NCBI GenBank assembly: GCA_028534125.1
Contig: CM052817.1
Span: 67,892,001-67,956,000, forward strand
From: Lama glama
Taxonomy: Eukaryota
Direction: 5' to 3'
DNA: 64,000 nucleotides
Each line of letters starts with the position of its first letter. Positions within the stretch are counted from its first letter, which is position 1. Below, one piece after another: positions 1 to 11,390 of this stretch. The notes below the pieces were generated by a model. The model was not told the DNA's origin, ran no database searches, and saw only the letters and a program-made list of their open reading frames with translations. The position numbers and the translations under genes are program-made.

Positions 1-614
1 TATGGTCATGATAACAGATTTGGCTGTGTTTCTTGGTCAAATCATTATCCAAATCAACCTTTAATGCATCCTTTGGTGTGACATGTAAATTTGTGATCTC
101 CCCTAAATAATGCTATGGCTATATGGGAATTACTTTGTAGATAATTAGGTGTTACTTTGAATTCAAATGGTATTTTTAGTACATAGTATCAGTGAAGAAA
201 GTTTAGTCATCCTTGCTCCTTAGAAGAATTTGCTTGCATAGTGACTGTACTCATAAGGACCAATCCAGAGTTTCTCTTCCTGGGACGGTATATGGAGTGC
301 TTTTTATAAATGTAAGGAGTGCCAGACCTGCTTCTCTGCCCTGAACTGACCTCCCCCATCTAGCCACACTTTGGCTCAGAGGTTGACAGGTCTGTTTCAT
401 ATCTACATCTGCCTTGTATCAGCTATGCCAAGCTACTTTACTCTTTTAGTTTCTATTTACTTATTGGTGAAATGAGGTGAAAAGTATACTTTTCAGACCA
501 AAAGTAGTCGTCTTGATGCCTTTTTTCAGTGAGACCCAGTAGATATTTATCATTGCCAATCTTATTATCTGTAGTCTGAAGGGCAGGTAATTAGGTTTCT
601 TCATTGATTTCCAC

Positions 615-695
615 TTGGAGGAGGTACCGGGGAATGAACTGGGACTTCTTGTGTGCTGAGCGTGCGCTCTACCAGTTGAGCTGTGCCCTTCCCCC
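615..695 (-). mobile_element. tRNA-derived SINE (camelid Vic-type), diverged
   Basis: Reverse complement reads ggggaagggcacagctcaactggtagagcg...gttcattccccggtacctcc, with Pol III A/B boxes. Confidence 0.8.
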
Positions 696-1730
696 TGTCA
701 TTGCTAATTTTAGAGAATCGTATTTCAGACCTCAAAAAGAACGTAGACATAAGCATGTTCATTTCCCTCAGATTATAATTGAGTTTTTTTTTAATTGTGA
801 TGTGTGAAGTTTGTGACTTGCTCAAAAATCTATACCCAGGACCAGCTCTGGATAGCTGTTCTTATGTACATATGTCTTATCTAGCCACTGTAGTAAAATC
901 CCTCAAGGCAGAGACCATGTTAAATATTACCTCTGGATCCCTTAGATTGTGTTTCCAGAAGTAAGAACTTGTTTTGAGGGAAAAAAAAATTTCACAGTCT
1001 TTTTATTTCTACTTTGGTATCATTTAAAATGTATACTATAATTTTGGGCAATATAAAGTATTTATCAGATCTTGTAACAAAACACAAAAGATACAGAAGA
1101 TGAGAGTAACCTTCATAATATGAGAACATGTTTCTGATGAACACATGGTTATATAATGTTCTTTTAAAATATCTACATAGTTGATTTTTTTCATTTTCCT
1201 AATGTTTTACTCAGTAGAAAATCTCTTCCTTTTTTTTTCTTCTGGTGGACAGAAATTATTTTATTTACATTATGAAATAATATTGGCAGTATTCTTTAGG
1301 ACTGGCACATATTGAAGTATCTTAACTTGGTAACCTATTGATGGGTAATGGGTTTAATGGCATCTCCACTATTAATCTTTACACAGAATATTCATTTTAC
1401 CCTCAAGAATAACTGTAACAACCTACAAGTTAACTGAACCACAGTAATCACTAATTGTTTCAAGATGGGAAGAAAAAAAAATGACTAGGTTGTCATGGTA
1501 ACTGTAGCAGATTAGGACTAGATTGCTATGAAGATGGAGCTGTTCAAGGTTGTATAAAACTTCTCAGAAACACAGATGGCATGACTTCTGAGGCAGTGGT
1601 AGGAACAAAACACCTTTGAGAGGGAGCAGATTTCATGAATACAATACAAAGTATAAATGGCAAAATGCCTGTGTTGCAAGTATCCCTAGTATGGAGTTGT
1701 CTATAAATTTAGTTGTTTTTTTTTTTTCAG

Positions 1731-1850
1731 TCTTCTTTTTTTCTTTTTCTTTTTTTTTTTTTTAATAGAGTTACTGGGGATTAAACCCAGGACCTTGTGC
1801 ATGCTAAGCATGCGCTCCACCACTGAGCTATTACCAAGACCACCTCCCCT
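1731..1850 (-). mobile_element. tRNA-derived SINE (camelid Vic-type) with poly-A tail
   Basis: tagctcagtggtggagcgcatgcttagcatgcacaaggtcctgggtttaatcccc on the - strand; poly-T on the + strand. Confidence 0.85.
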
Positions 1851-2159
1851 TGCCCCCATAGGGTATGTTATTAATTTGTTTCACAATAATACTTTAAAGC
1901 CCCCTGGGTATGTGACACATTAGGTAACTCTAATATAGTTATTTTCTACATCTTGGTAGTTTTTTTTTTCCTTTTTCCACTCTTGATTTTAGGGCTCAAG
2001 ATGTGTGACAGTGTATCCAATAATATAGTTTCACACATTGATTAATTAAGATCATCTTGGTGAGCTGGATGTTGATTACATAGTTTGGCTCCAAGACTGT
2101 GTTCAGGTCTATTTCAATGAGACTTACTCTGACTAAAAAGTATGTAACACGGCAACCTG

Positions 2160-2415
2160 CAAACCTTCCCTGGTACTTTTGATCCTCACCCCTGCCCTGT
2201 AAGTCCTTTAACACTCCACATCTTATTATTATACCATACAATTTATTCCTTATTATGTTTATTGCCTCTCTCTCCAGTAGAATATCAGGTCCAAGAGGGC
2301 AGGGCTGTTTGTTTCTTTTGCTCAGTGCTGTACTGCTGTTGGCTATGACAGTGCCTAGCAGGTAGGCATAGGATGTGTTCAAATAAATGTTTGTTAAATA
2401 AAAGAATGAATACAT
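2160..2415 (+). mobile_element. L2 3' end fragment
   Basis: gagggcaggg...cagtgcctagca...caaataaatgtttgttaaata..gaatgaat, a typical L2 tail. Confidence 0.7.
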
Positions 2416-5400
2416 CAACATTTTATTTTTATGACTCTGCCTCTGTCACTGTATAAAAACATTGCGTGATTATGAGCCCTGTCAGAAATTACATAAAGTT
2501 CTTTTATATTACCAGAAACTGCTTTGTCGGATTTATGCAACAGTTTTATTGGAAAAATCATACTTCAAGGCATAAAAATGAAACCATTTCCCCCTATAAT
2601 TTACCTGTAAATATACTATGATATTGCCCCACACACACACCCTACTATCCCTATGGTGTTGTCTTGATAAGACTCCATACTTTTATAGCATCTTCTGTTT
2701 ATTAGAATAATTTTATTCCAGTCTTTGAAACTCAGTCCTAGTCATCTTAAAACTCCCAAGTCAAGCCCGATTCAGGGGTCTTCTTACCCAGCACAGCCTT
2801 AACCTCTGGCTCCAACATTTGGAGTTGAGAGTCTCACTCTGAATATCTCTGCCCCTGCCCTCTCTCTTTTAAGCACTAGCCACTAGGAGGTTGGGCAGGG
2901 CTAAGGAAGGATGAAGAATGCTTAGGGTTCCCCATTTGCCTGAACAAAGCGGCAAGACTTTGGATGTTGCTATTTTGGTGGCTGACATTGACTAGCCATT
3001 GGATGCCCTCTATGGGGCAAGCATCCAAATACTGGCTCTCTCTCAGCACACGTGCGTTCTTCGGAGGGACCCCAGGGGCTCTTACTGCACGGCTCCCTGC
3101 CCAGGAAGTCTGCCTTCTCTTCATCTCTCCTACCTCAGCTTTGCCTGCAGAGAGCCTAGCCTACAGCCTCCCCCTGCTGGGGCGTGTTTGTTCACTGGAC
3201 AGATTCTCAGATAGGGTATCAGTGAGATCAAGCCCAACCAACTAGTTTCTAGAATACATTTTGTTAATCAGAAATGTCAAGCACTGGCTAGAGTGTATTT
3301 GAGTAAATGTGTCCTAGTACGAATAACTAGCTCATAATTAACCATTTTAATGATGAGAGTGGACTGAAACTGAAAACCCTGAATAGCTTTTATGATTTAT
3401 GAGAAGCAAATAACGCTTGTGACAAATTACATTCCTAATTATATTCGATGATCTTTCCCCTCAGCACGTATTAGTTTGCTGAAAGTCAGAGACCTGGAAT
3501 AAGCCCAAATTTGAGAAACAATCTCAGGATGAACAGACAGATATGTGGCTAATTGAGAACTGACAGAAGATGATGCCCGCCTTCCCAGTTGGGAAACTAG
3601 TTGACTAGAGTTGCAGGCTGTAAGCAGTTTCATTTCTAAACTGTCCGTTGTTTCCACGTCTTCCACGGAGAATTCTGTCTGTAACCCTCCTCCCTAACCT
3701 TCAGTGACATTCCACCTGACTCTCCTCCCTCAAATACTCTATATGTTATTAAATGTTGTCTATGCTGTTCTTTTAAGATAAGAAACACATTTTAAAACTT
3801 CATACATTGGAATTATGTAGTTTCTACTGAGGGTTGTGAAAAACTGGATGAGGCCTCCCCAGGAAGCATGTTCACACCACAGGAGCAACGCAAGTGCTTG
3901 TCACGTGCGTGCAGCTGCTTGTGTAATTAATGCACTGCTGGGAACGCAGGCTCTTCCTCCCAGATTCTGACACACTCATGTGTTTACTGGCTATTTTTCT
4001 GGGATATGTGAAGTACACCTTCACAGATCTCTTAATATTAAGATTCAAAGTTCTTATAAGAGTATAAATAGAAAAGTCAGTTTTACAGTAAAAATACTGA
4101 TTCACCTTATGTTCTCCATGTTTAATGCAAATATAAAACATTATGTTCCAAGCTTAACATGTAGTTTGGATACATAAATTTTTTTGTTGAAATTATGTTT
4201 TGGATTGATTGACTTTTCCCTTAATATTTTACCATTACTATTAATGAAAAATTATTTTTAATTTAGTAAGTTATGCCCTATAAAGAACACTTTGCTTATT
4301 TCCAGAGAGGGACTTAACAGCCTTACTAATGTTATATATTATGAAAAAAAGTGGAAGGAATTTGATAGAAGTAGAAGATAGGGATTGAAACCAACATTTC
4401 GGTCAGAATTTTAGAGCACTGTCCACAGGAACATTCACTAGACAAAACTGGGGCCCACTGTCCTGCACATATCTTGAAATAAACGTGTAGTTGACACAAA
4501 TTATGTCCCATTTTGGTAGGAAGAACCTAAAATTTTGGAGAATAGTGCCATCTATGCAGGCAGTGTAGTCAAATATATCGTCTTTACTCAATGTCTTCCA
4601 TGTCAGGAACTAATTAATTCCTAACACCTGAATGACCAGTAGGTGCAGAGCCTGTGGGTGGAGGTGATAGAGGCATATACAGTCATCTCCTAAGGCTGAT
4701 GCTGAAACTCCTGGGCTTGACTCGATGCAGTCCCTGCAGGTAACTGGTCTTAAGAATTTACCTCAGTAATTTGCATATATTAATAAACAGGATTCATCTG
4801 ACAAGAGTAGCGTATTTTATATACTTTTAATATGAAGTCAAAGGTATTTTTATAGGGAAAAAAGTTTTGTCTTATTGTATGGCAGCTAAACAGATCTATA
4901 AATTGAGTCTCTTGTCTCCTTGAAAATAGCTGACATGAGATTTAAATGATGTGTGTGTTTTTTTCCTCTTAGAGCAGTAAAAGACACACCACGAACAAAA
5001 TCAATAAGCCAAAATTTAGAAGCAAAAACAAAAACCCTCTTCACACATTTTGAGCATCCTCTACAGCTTTATGTGGTGAGAGGTGCAGCCACCATTCTTG
5101 AGTGATTCAAAAAGTGTCAAATGGTGTTGAGCTAAATTACAACCCTAAATGCATATTGGTGAAATGAGATGCCGAACCATTTGCACACTAATGTGCTATT
5201 TTTAAGTCATGCATCATAGCATCTTCAAAGAGGCCTGTCATAATTATGATGGATTAGACTGCAGAGTCAGTCCTGGATGCAGTAATTGTTTCACAGATGC
5301 TGCTGATGTGACTTGAATTCATAATAAATTATTGTCAGAGAGTCGTGAGAAGGAGCAAAATCAAATACCAAAGTAAAAACTGCTGAGGTTAAAGCCTGCT

Positions 5401-5949
5401 TTGGCCTTAAGAAACCACAATGCTGGCGACAGGTCAGAAGGCTAGTGTTTTCAACCAAGATAAACATGCTTCATTAATGTGTACCTCTGACACAGTTGAA
5501 GGTTGACATACTTGGCATTTTTACTGAAAGTTCTCAATCCCTATCTCAGTATCTTTCTCTCTTTCTCCTTCATAGTTTATGAAAAATTGTTCTGGAGCAT
5601 TAGCCGAAATCATAGAGTGGCCGTAACAGCTTCTTTATATTCCTATTACCTGATTATAATTTGACCTTCAGAATTTCTTAAAAAAAAAAAGAAGTGACAT
5701 TTATAGCAGATAAAACTACTCTTTTTGGTTCCTTAGAAGACTGTACTTCATGGGGTATATTAGAATATTAGAATAAAGGGATAAACCTAAATCATATGAC
5801 TAGTAAGATCTAAATTATGACATTTTAAATTGTTATTTAATTAACACCTGCCATTTAGGTAAATAATTTCTAAAACTGCCTCTTTTTAAAAAATGCCAAA
5901 GCTGGTTTTAGAATGAGTGGTATATTTTGTCCATTCTTGTTTCATTTCT

Positions 5950-6260
5950 TTTTTTCTTAAAGTTGATTTACAATGTTGTATTAGTTTCTGGTGTACAGCA
6001 AAGTGATTCAGTTATATAAACCATAATGGAAAAGAGTATATACATATATACATATTCTTTTCCATTATGCTTCATTACAGGATATTAAATATAGTTCCCT
6101 GTGCTATATGGTAGGACCTTGTTGTTTATCTATTTTATATATATAGTAGTTTGTATCTGCTAATCCCAAACTCCTAATTTATCTCTCCTGCCCCCTTTCC
6201 CCTTTAGTAACCATTATTTTTCTATGTCTGTGATTTTGTTTCTGTTTTATAAATAAGTTA
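5950..6260 (-). mobile_element. L1 3' end fragment (artiodactyl-type)
   Basis: gttgatttacaatgttg...tatagttccctgtgctata...taatcccaaactcctaattt; homologous to other L1 tails in the window. Confidence 0.8.
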
Positions 6261-6495
6261 TAAAGGATATTTAATTTCAATATCAAAAAATCAATTATGA
6301 GAATTCAAAATATTTCTGTTATCAGTCACTTAGAAGAGCAGATATGAATGAATAAAAAATTTTATTTCTGTTCTTAGTCACTCAGAAGCAAAGGGAATGC
6401 CACACAAAAATATCTCTAAGGCAAAAATTTACATTCATTCCAGAAAACACTTAGTTTAACTTTGGAAAAATTTCCCCCCTTTTCCCTGTATTTGT

Positions 6496-6560
6496 TAATA
6501 ATAATAATAACAACAACAGCAGCAGCAGCAATAACAGCAGCAGCAGTAACCACAACCACC
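6496..6560 (+). repeat. compound trinucleotide microsatellite (AAT)n(CAA)n(CAG)n
   Basis: Read directly; intronic. Confidence 0.85.
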
Positions 6561-7739
6561 TACTAACTCTTTTTCCACTGATTAGCTGGTAGATATCTAC
6601 AAAAAATTATCTTGGAAGATTTTCTTGCCTAATACATAGATTACTGACTTTTGTAAGCTTGAAAACACTTTGTATATTTATATACACTGTGCAAATTACA
6701 GCACGAAAGCTTTGCCAGTATTTTTGTAATAGTCAAAATGAACAGGTCTCATTTTTTTTCTGTTTTTATTAAAAATAAATAATGCTTTCCAATGGAAGTA
6801 TAAAAGCACTGGGTGATTGTGAGAGTGCTGTTGCAAGTGGGTTACTGGATTGTGTAATACTCTGGGATACAGATGCAAAGTGTGTTCTAGGACATATTGA
6901 AGTCAAAGAAAATATTTCTTTTTTTTCTTCCTGTCAAGTGGTACTTTATTGGTTTAAATTTTCTCAGTCAGATTCATAGACTAATAACAAATAATCATCA
7001 AATAACGAATTATCCTCATCCTAAAATGGAAAGACAATATACACTTTTCCTGTCCTCCCTGAAAAGGTTAACCATTTAACTCTTCACATCTGATGGTTGT
7101 GCTCAGTAAAGGACTTGCTGTCATGGGCAGAATAATTCTAACAATAATATTAAATTAGTGTTTAAAAATGTCTGTTGTGTTTAAAATTCCATATTGAAAT
7201 AAATTTCATTCTAAGTCAACTTCATTTCTTCTTAGAAGCTAATATTATGCTCATAAAAGATACACAAACTTTATCCATTGTAATTCTGCCCTTGACACTT
7301 TAAAGAATGTCCAAATTATGTGGTATGGATCATAATAGAGAATAATATATTACATATATAATAAATATAAATATGTATTTATAGATAAAGGTATTATCTA
7401 AAAATTAAGTAGGACAATATATAGTGTATAAAGAACCTGCAAGTTTTATATAACATAAGTGTACATGTGTGCATGTAAATACATTTTGTTTGGTACAGTG
7501 GAAATTGATTTAGTTACTGAAAGAAAAAATTTTTGGTTGTAGTGTTTGGAAAGCTAATTGACCTCGTCTATGAAGGATTTTCCTAGGCTTATGTCTATGC
7601 TTCTTACCTTTTGAAAAGTGGTGGTGCCCCTGATTTTGGAGAAACCCCTTACATCAAAGACTACAAATCAATTCTCATGATCCTGGAAACAAAAGTTTTT
7701 AAATTAAAGGCTACTGATGATTAAGAGTATTAGTTTAGC

Positions 7740-8035
7740 TCCAAGCTACCCAATAGAAGTACACCATAAGCCACGTGTAAAATTTTTAATTTTCCAGTAC
7801 TCACGTTAAAACAAGTAAAAAAAATTTTTTAATAATGTATTTTACTTACCAAAATCGTATTGTTTCAGCATGTATTACGTATTTTAAGAAACTGAGTTAT
7901 TTTCTTTTTTTGTGCACACTAAGACCTTTGAAATCCAGTGTGTATTTATACTTACAGAACATCTCAATTCGTACTAACCACATTTCAAAGGCTCAGGAGC
8001 CATTGGTGACCAGTGGCTTGCATGTCTCGGCCATT
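7740..8035. mobile_element. hAT-Charlie MITE (MER33/MER3-like)
   Basis: ccaatagaa...tgaaatccagtgtgtattt...acttacagaacatctcaatt...ccacatttcaa motifs. Confidence 0.6.
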
Positions 8036-8119
8036 TCTTAGCATTTCAAAGGAAGTAGGTTTACAGAAATAAAGATGTCACTTTGTTCTGTTGTTTTTCT
8101 TTGTCCAATAGGAATTATG

Positions 8120-9840
8120 ACCTTTTGATTTAGGTTTTATTTATTAATTAATATACATGCTTAAAAGTTACAAAACGACACATTTAAAAGCAGTCTTCCT
8201 CCCAGTGCTGTTTTCCAGCCTCTCCACTCCTTCTCCTGGAGGCAAAGTATTATCGCCAGTTTCAGTGTATATTCTCCCAGAGCTGCTTTTCTTTAGTTTG
8301 GTAAACGTACAGGCTGTGGCATCCTTACACATACTGTTCTGCAGCTTGTTTGACTTCATTTAATTACCTGGAAATACTTTATATGAAAATGTAGGTTGTT
8401 TCCAAACTTTTGCTATTGCAAAGTATTGTGCATACATTCTTTAACACATATATATGGGCATATTTGTAAAATAAGTTCTTAAAACAGAAGAATCAAAGAA
8501 GTTTCTGTGAAATTCTACAGATATTGCTAAATTGTCCTCCATGGTATTTGTATTACTTTTGAGTCCTGAGAACCATGCAAAACATGTCTGTTTCCCCACA
8601 TGCTTGCCAACATAGTGCATTATCAAAATTTTTCTTCTTTGCCAATTTGAGGAAAGAACTGTATCTCGTTGCAGTTTTAATTTCCATTTCTTTTTACAAG
8701 TAATAATGGACATCTTAAAAATATTTCAGAGCCATTTGCATTTCATTTTCTGTGAACTGTCCACATCCTTTGCTCATTATTTTTTTCTTCAGTGGTTGGT
8801 CTTTTTCCTGTCAGTTTGTATGGGTCCTATATATTACATTTTATGTACTTCTAACTTTGCTTATTGGTTTATTTTTGCGTGCATAAATTTTACTGAACTT
8901 TCTCATCTTTTATGGCTTCTAGATTTTTTTTGTCACAAAGAACTTACCCAGTCATTAGGTAATTTTTTTTTAAGCTTTCTCAGGTTGTTTTCAATTTTCT
9001 TAGGGTTTTGTTTTCCACATTCAGATGTTAAATCCATCTAGAATACATTTTGGTGTCAGATATAAAGGACAGGTCCAACTTTATTATTTTTCTCAGAAAA
9101 CTGTCCAGTCGTTCTAATGTATTTATTTGAAATGCCATTGTTACCTTGCACCATATTTCTATGCATGTTTAAATCTATTTCTGGACATTCTATTCTATTC
9201 CATTGGTCTTGTAAATACTGTATTATCTGTTGATGTGTAAGTACAAGCTGCTTTAAGTACAGTTGAGCTTTTGTTGCCTTTTAATAGCTTTTAATTTGGT
9301 CAGTGCCCTTCCCAGGCCACATTACGATTCTCTTCCAGATTATTCCTGGGTACCCAGTTTGCTTATTTTTTCACATGAACTTTAGAGACAGCTTCTTTAA
9401 TTCCTCAGAACATTCTGCTAGTGTCTTTATGAGAGTACATTAAATGAATAGATTAATTAATTTGACAGCTACCCAGGAACATATACCTTTCCACTTGTTT
9501 TGTTTTTATGTTTGTGTAACCCTCAGTATTGTTTTAGAGTTTTATTCAAATAGGTCTTTCACATTTCTTTTTAAGTTTATTCATAATGTTTTAAAAACAT
9601 TTTTTTCTATTATAGTATTTTATTCCACCAAAGCTTCTGACTGGTTGTTGCTTTTATATACCAAGGCTATTGATTTTTTTCTTCAGCTACTTTACCGAAT
9701 TCTCATCAACTGTAACAACTTTTCAGCTGACTCTCTTGGTTGACCAGTATACAGTCTTATTATCTGCAAATGATAACTTCAGTGTTGCTTCCCAATGTTT
9801 ATTTCCTCCTCTGTTTCATTTTTCTTAGTAAGCAATGGCT
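8120..9840 (-). mobile_element. ancient L1 (L1ME-like) 3'/ORF2 remnant
   Basis: T-rich degenerate L1 motifs: taggttgtttccaaacttttgctatt, ttttaatttccatttc, tctggacattctattctattccattggtct. Confidence 0.65.
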
Positions 9841-10129
9841 ATTTTAATAGAGCTTTTTTATAGTCCAAAGGGAAAATAATTTTTTTTCCACTTACACCCC
9901 TAGAATAAATTTAATGAGAAAACCTCGGGGAAAATAAAGCATGGTTGTATCATGAATGGGGCAGAACTGACTTTCTATAATACATTATTTTGGGGTTTTA
10001 GTGCCCATTTCTTCCTGCTTTCCCTAGCATTTGGGCTTTGAAATCTCCATTGGTATTGGTCTCAAAAATGTTTGAATAAATGAAGAAGAAATGATCTAAT
10101 CACAAGATGAGCAAATTTTTATCAATCAA

Positions 10130-11250
10130 GTGAAGCTGGATGCTCACTCTATACCAAGTACAGAAATTAACAGAGTAGGATATTTTTAAGGAGTTCACAG
10201 TCCTGTTAGAGTAAACAAAATATAACTGAGTGTGGTATGTTGAGCTGCAGATCATATACAAGATATAGAAGCAGCATAGGAATGGAAGTGATTAATTCTC
10301 TTGGAAAAATCAAAGAAGGAATCCTAGGGGAGGTGATGCCTGAGACAGTTTTAGCTGAACCCAGGAGTCACTGAGCAAGTAAGGGGACCAAAAAGGCATT
10401 CTGGGCAGATAAAACAACAGTGTGGAGGTCTGAAACAGCTTACCACACTTGAGAATTTATAAGCTGTTGTTATAATTGGAGTATAAACTGTGAGAGGAAG
10501 TAGGAGAACAGAAAAATAGAAAATGAAATGAAAAACCATTCACTATTAGTCAGGAGTTCTCAAAAGAAGTGGGCAGCCAGTGCCTGGAGAGGAGGACAGA
10601 ATCACTCAGAAGGGGCACTTTGTGAACCACGCTTTCATCCCTTCCCCATCCTCTGGAATGTCAGCACTACTGGGAGCTTGCCGTATCTTTCAGGTGTGTT
10701 TGGGTAAAGAGTTTGAGAACTACTGACGCAGGCAATATGGCGTCAGTAAGGTGTTAAGAAGGGTATGACATCAGATTTGCGTTTTAGAACATTCCCTTTG
10801 ATAACAATTTGAAGGGTCCTTGAAGGACTGGGGAGAGGACAGGTCTGGGCTTGGGAGAAGCCCTTTAAAAAGCTGTTGCAATAGATACTGAAACAAGATC
10901 ATGTAGATCTGGCTACTAAGTGGCAGTGAAGAAAAGTCAAGAACCATATGAGAAATGGAATTGATCAAGCTTAGCAAGTGATTGGATATGTAAGGTGCTA
11001 GAGAAGAAAGAAAGGAGGTAGTCTTTATTGTTCTTAGCATTTTGACAAAGAACTGTTTGGGAAGGAAGTCGATGCTATTTACTAATACAGTATGAGGTTC
11101 CCCCTTTAGCTGGTGATTTTGGTCTTTGTTCTCTGTGACCATGAATATTTGAGAGTTGCTGGGAAGACAAGAGTAATTTCCTGAGTAGCTCCTGGTTGTG
11201 TCACTCTGAGACATGGAAATAAGGACCACGGTTTGCTCTGTCTAGGAGCT
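10130..11250 (-). mobile_element. L2 remnant, interrupted by a MITE
   Basis: gaggtgatgcctgag...ggcattctgggcag...cagatttgcgttttagaa...gattggatatg motifs. Confidence 0.55.
10551..10725. mobile_element. hAT-Charlie MITE (MER5-like)
   Basis: Terminal inverted repeats caggagttctcaaa / tttgagaactactg. Confidence 0.7.
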
Positions 11251-11390
11251 CCAATATTGTTCATGCCACGATGCTTCTCTAAGGTGTATTATTAGTGTTA
11301 GAAACATATTAATGTACTCTAATTTTTGTTTCCATGCTTTTTAGAATTCATTCAGAGGGCAGCCTTGTGGATGGCCCCGAAGCAAGCCTG

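Noticed and set aside
615..695. Possible tRNA genes (also at about 1770-1835 and 41482-41560)
   Set aside because: Diverged stems; two of the three copies have A-rich tails and one has a TSD, so these are SINEs
2750..3250. GC-richer block with short ORFs, possibly an exon or LTR
   Set aside because: No recognisable product or confident repeat family; probably an old LTR-type relic
6520..6550. (CAG)n as a polyQ exon
   Set aside because: Flanked by TAA repeats, no splice context; an intronic microsatellite
11334..11390. ORF-track start at ATG 11334 (1184 aa)
   Set aside because: This ATG lies in the intron, upstream of the acceptor at 11344; the canonical start is 11391
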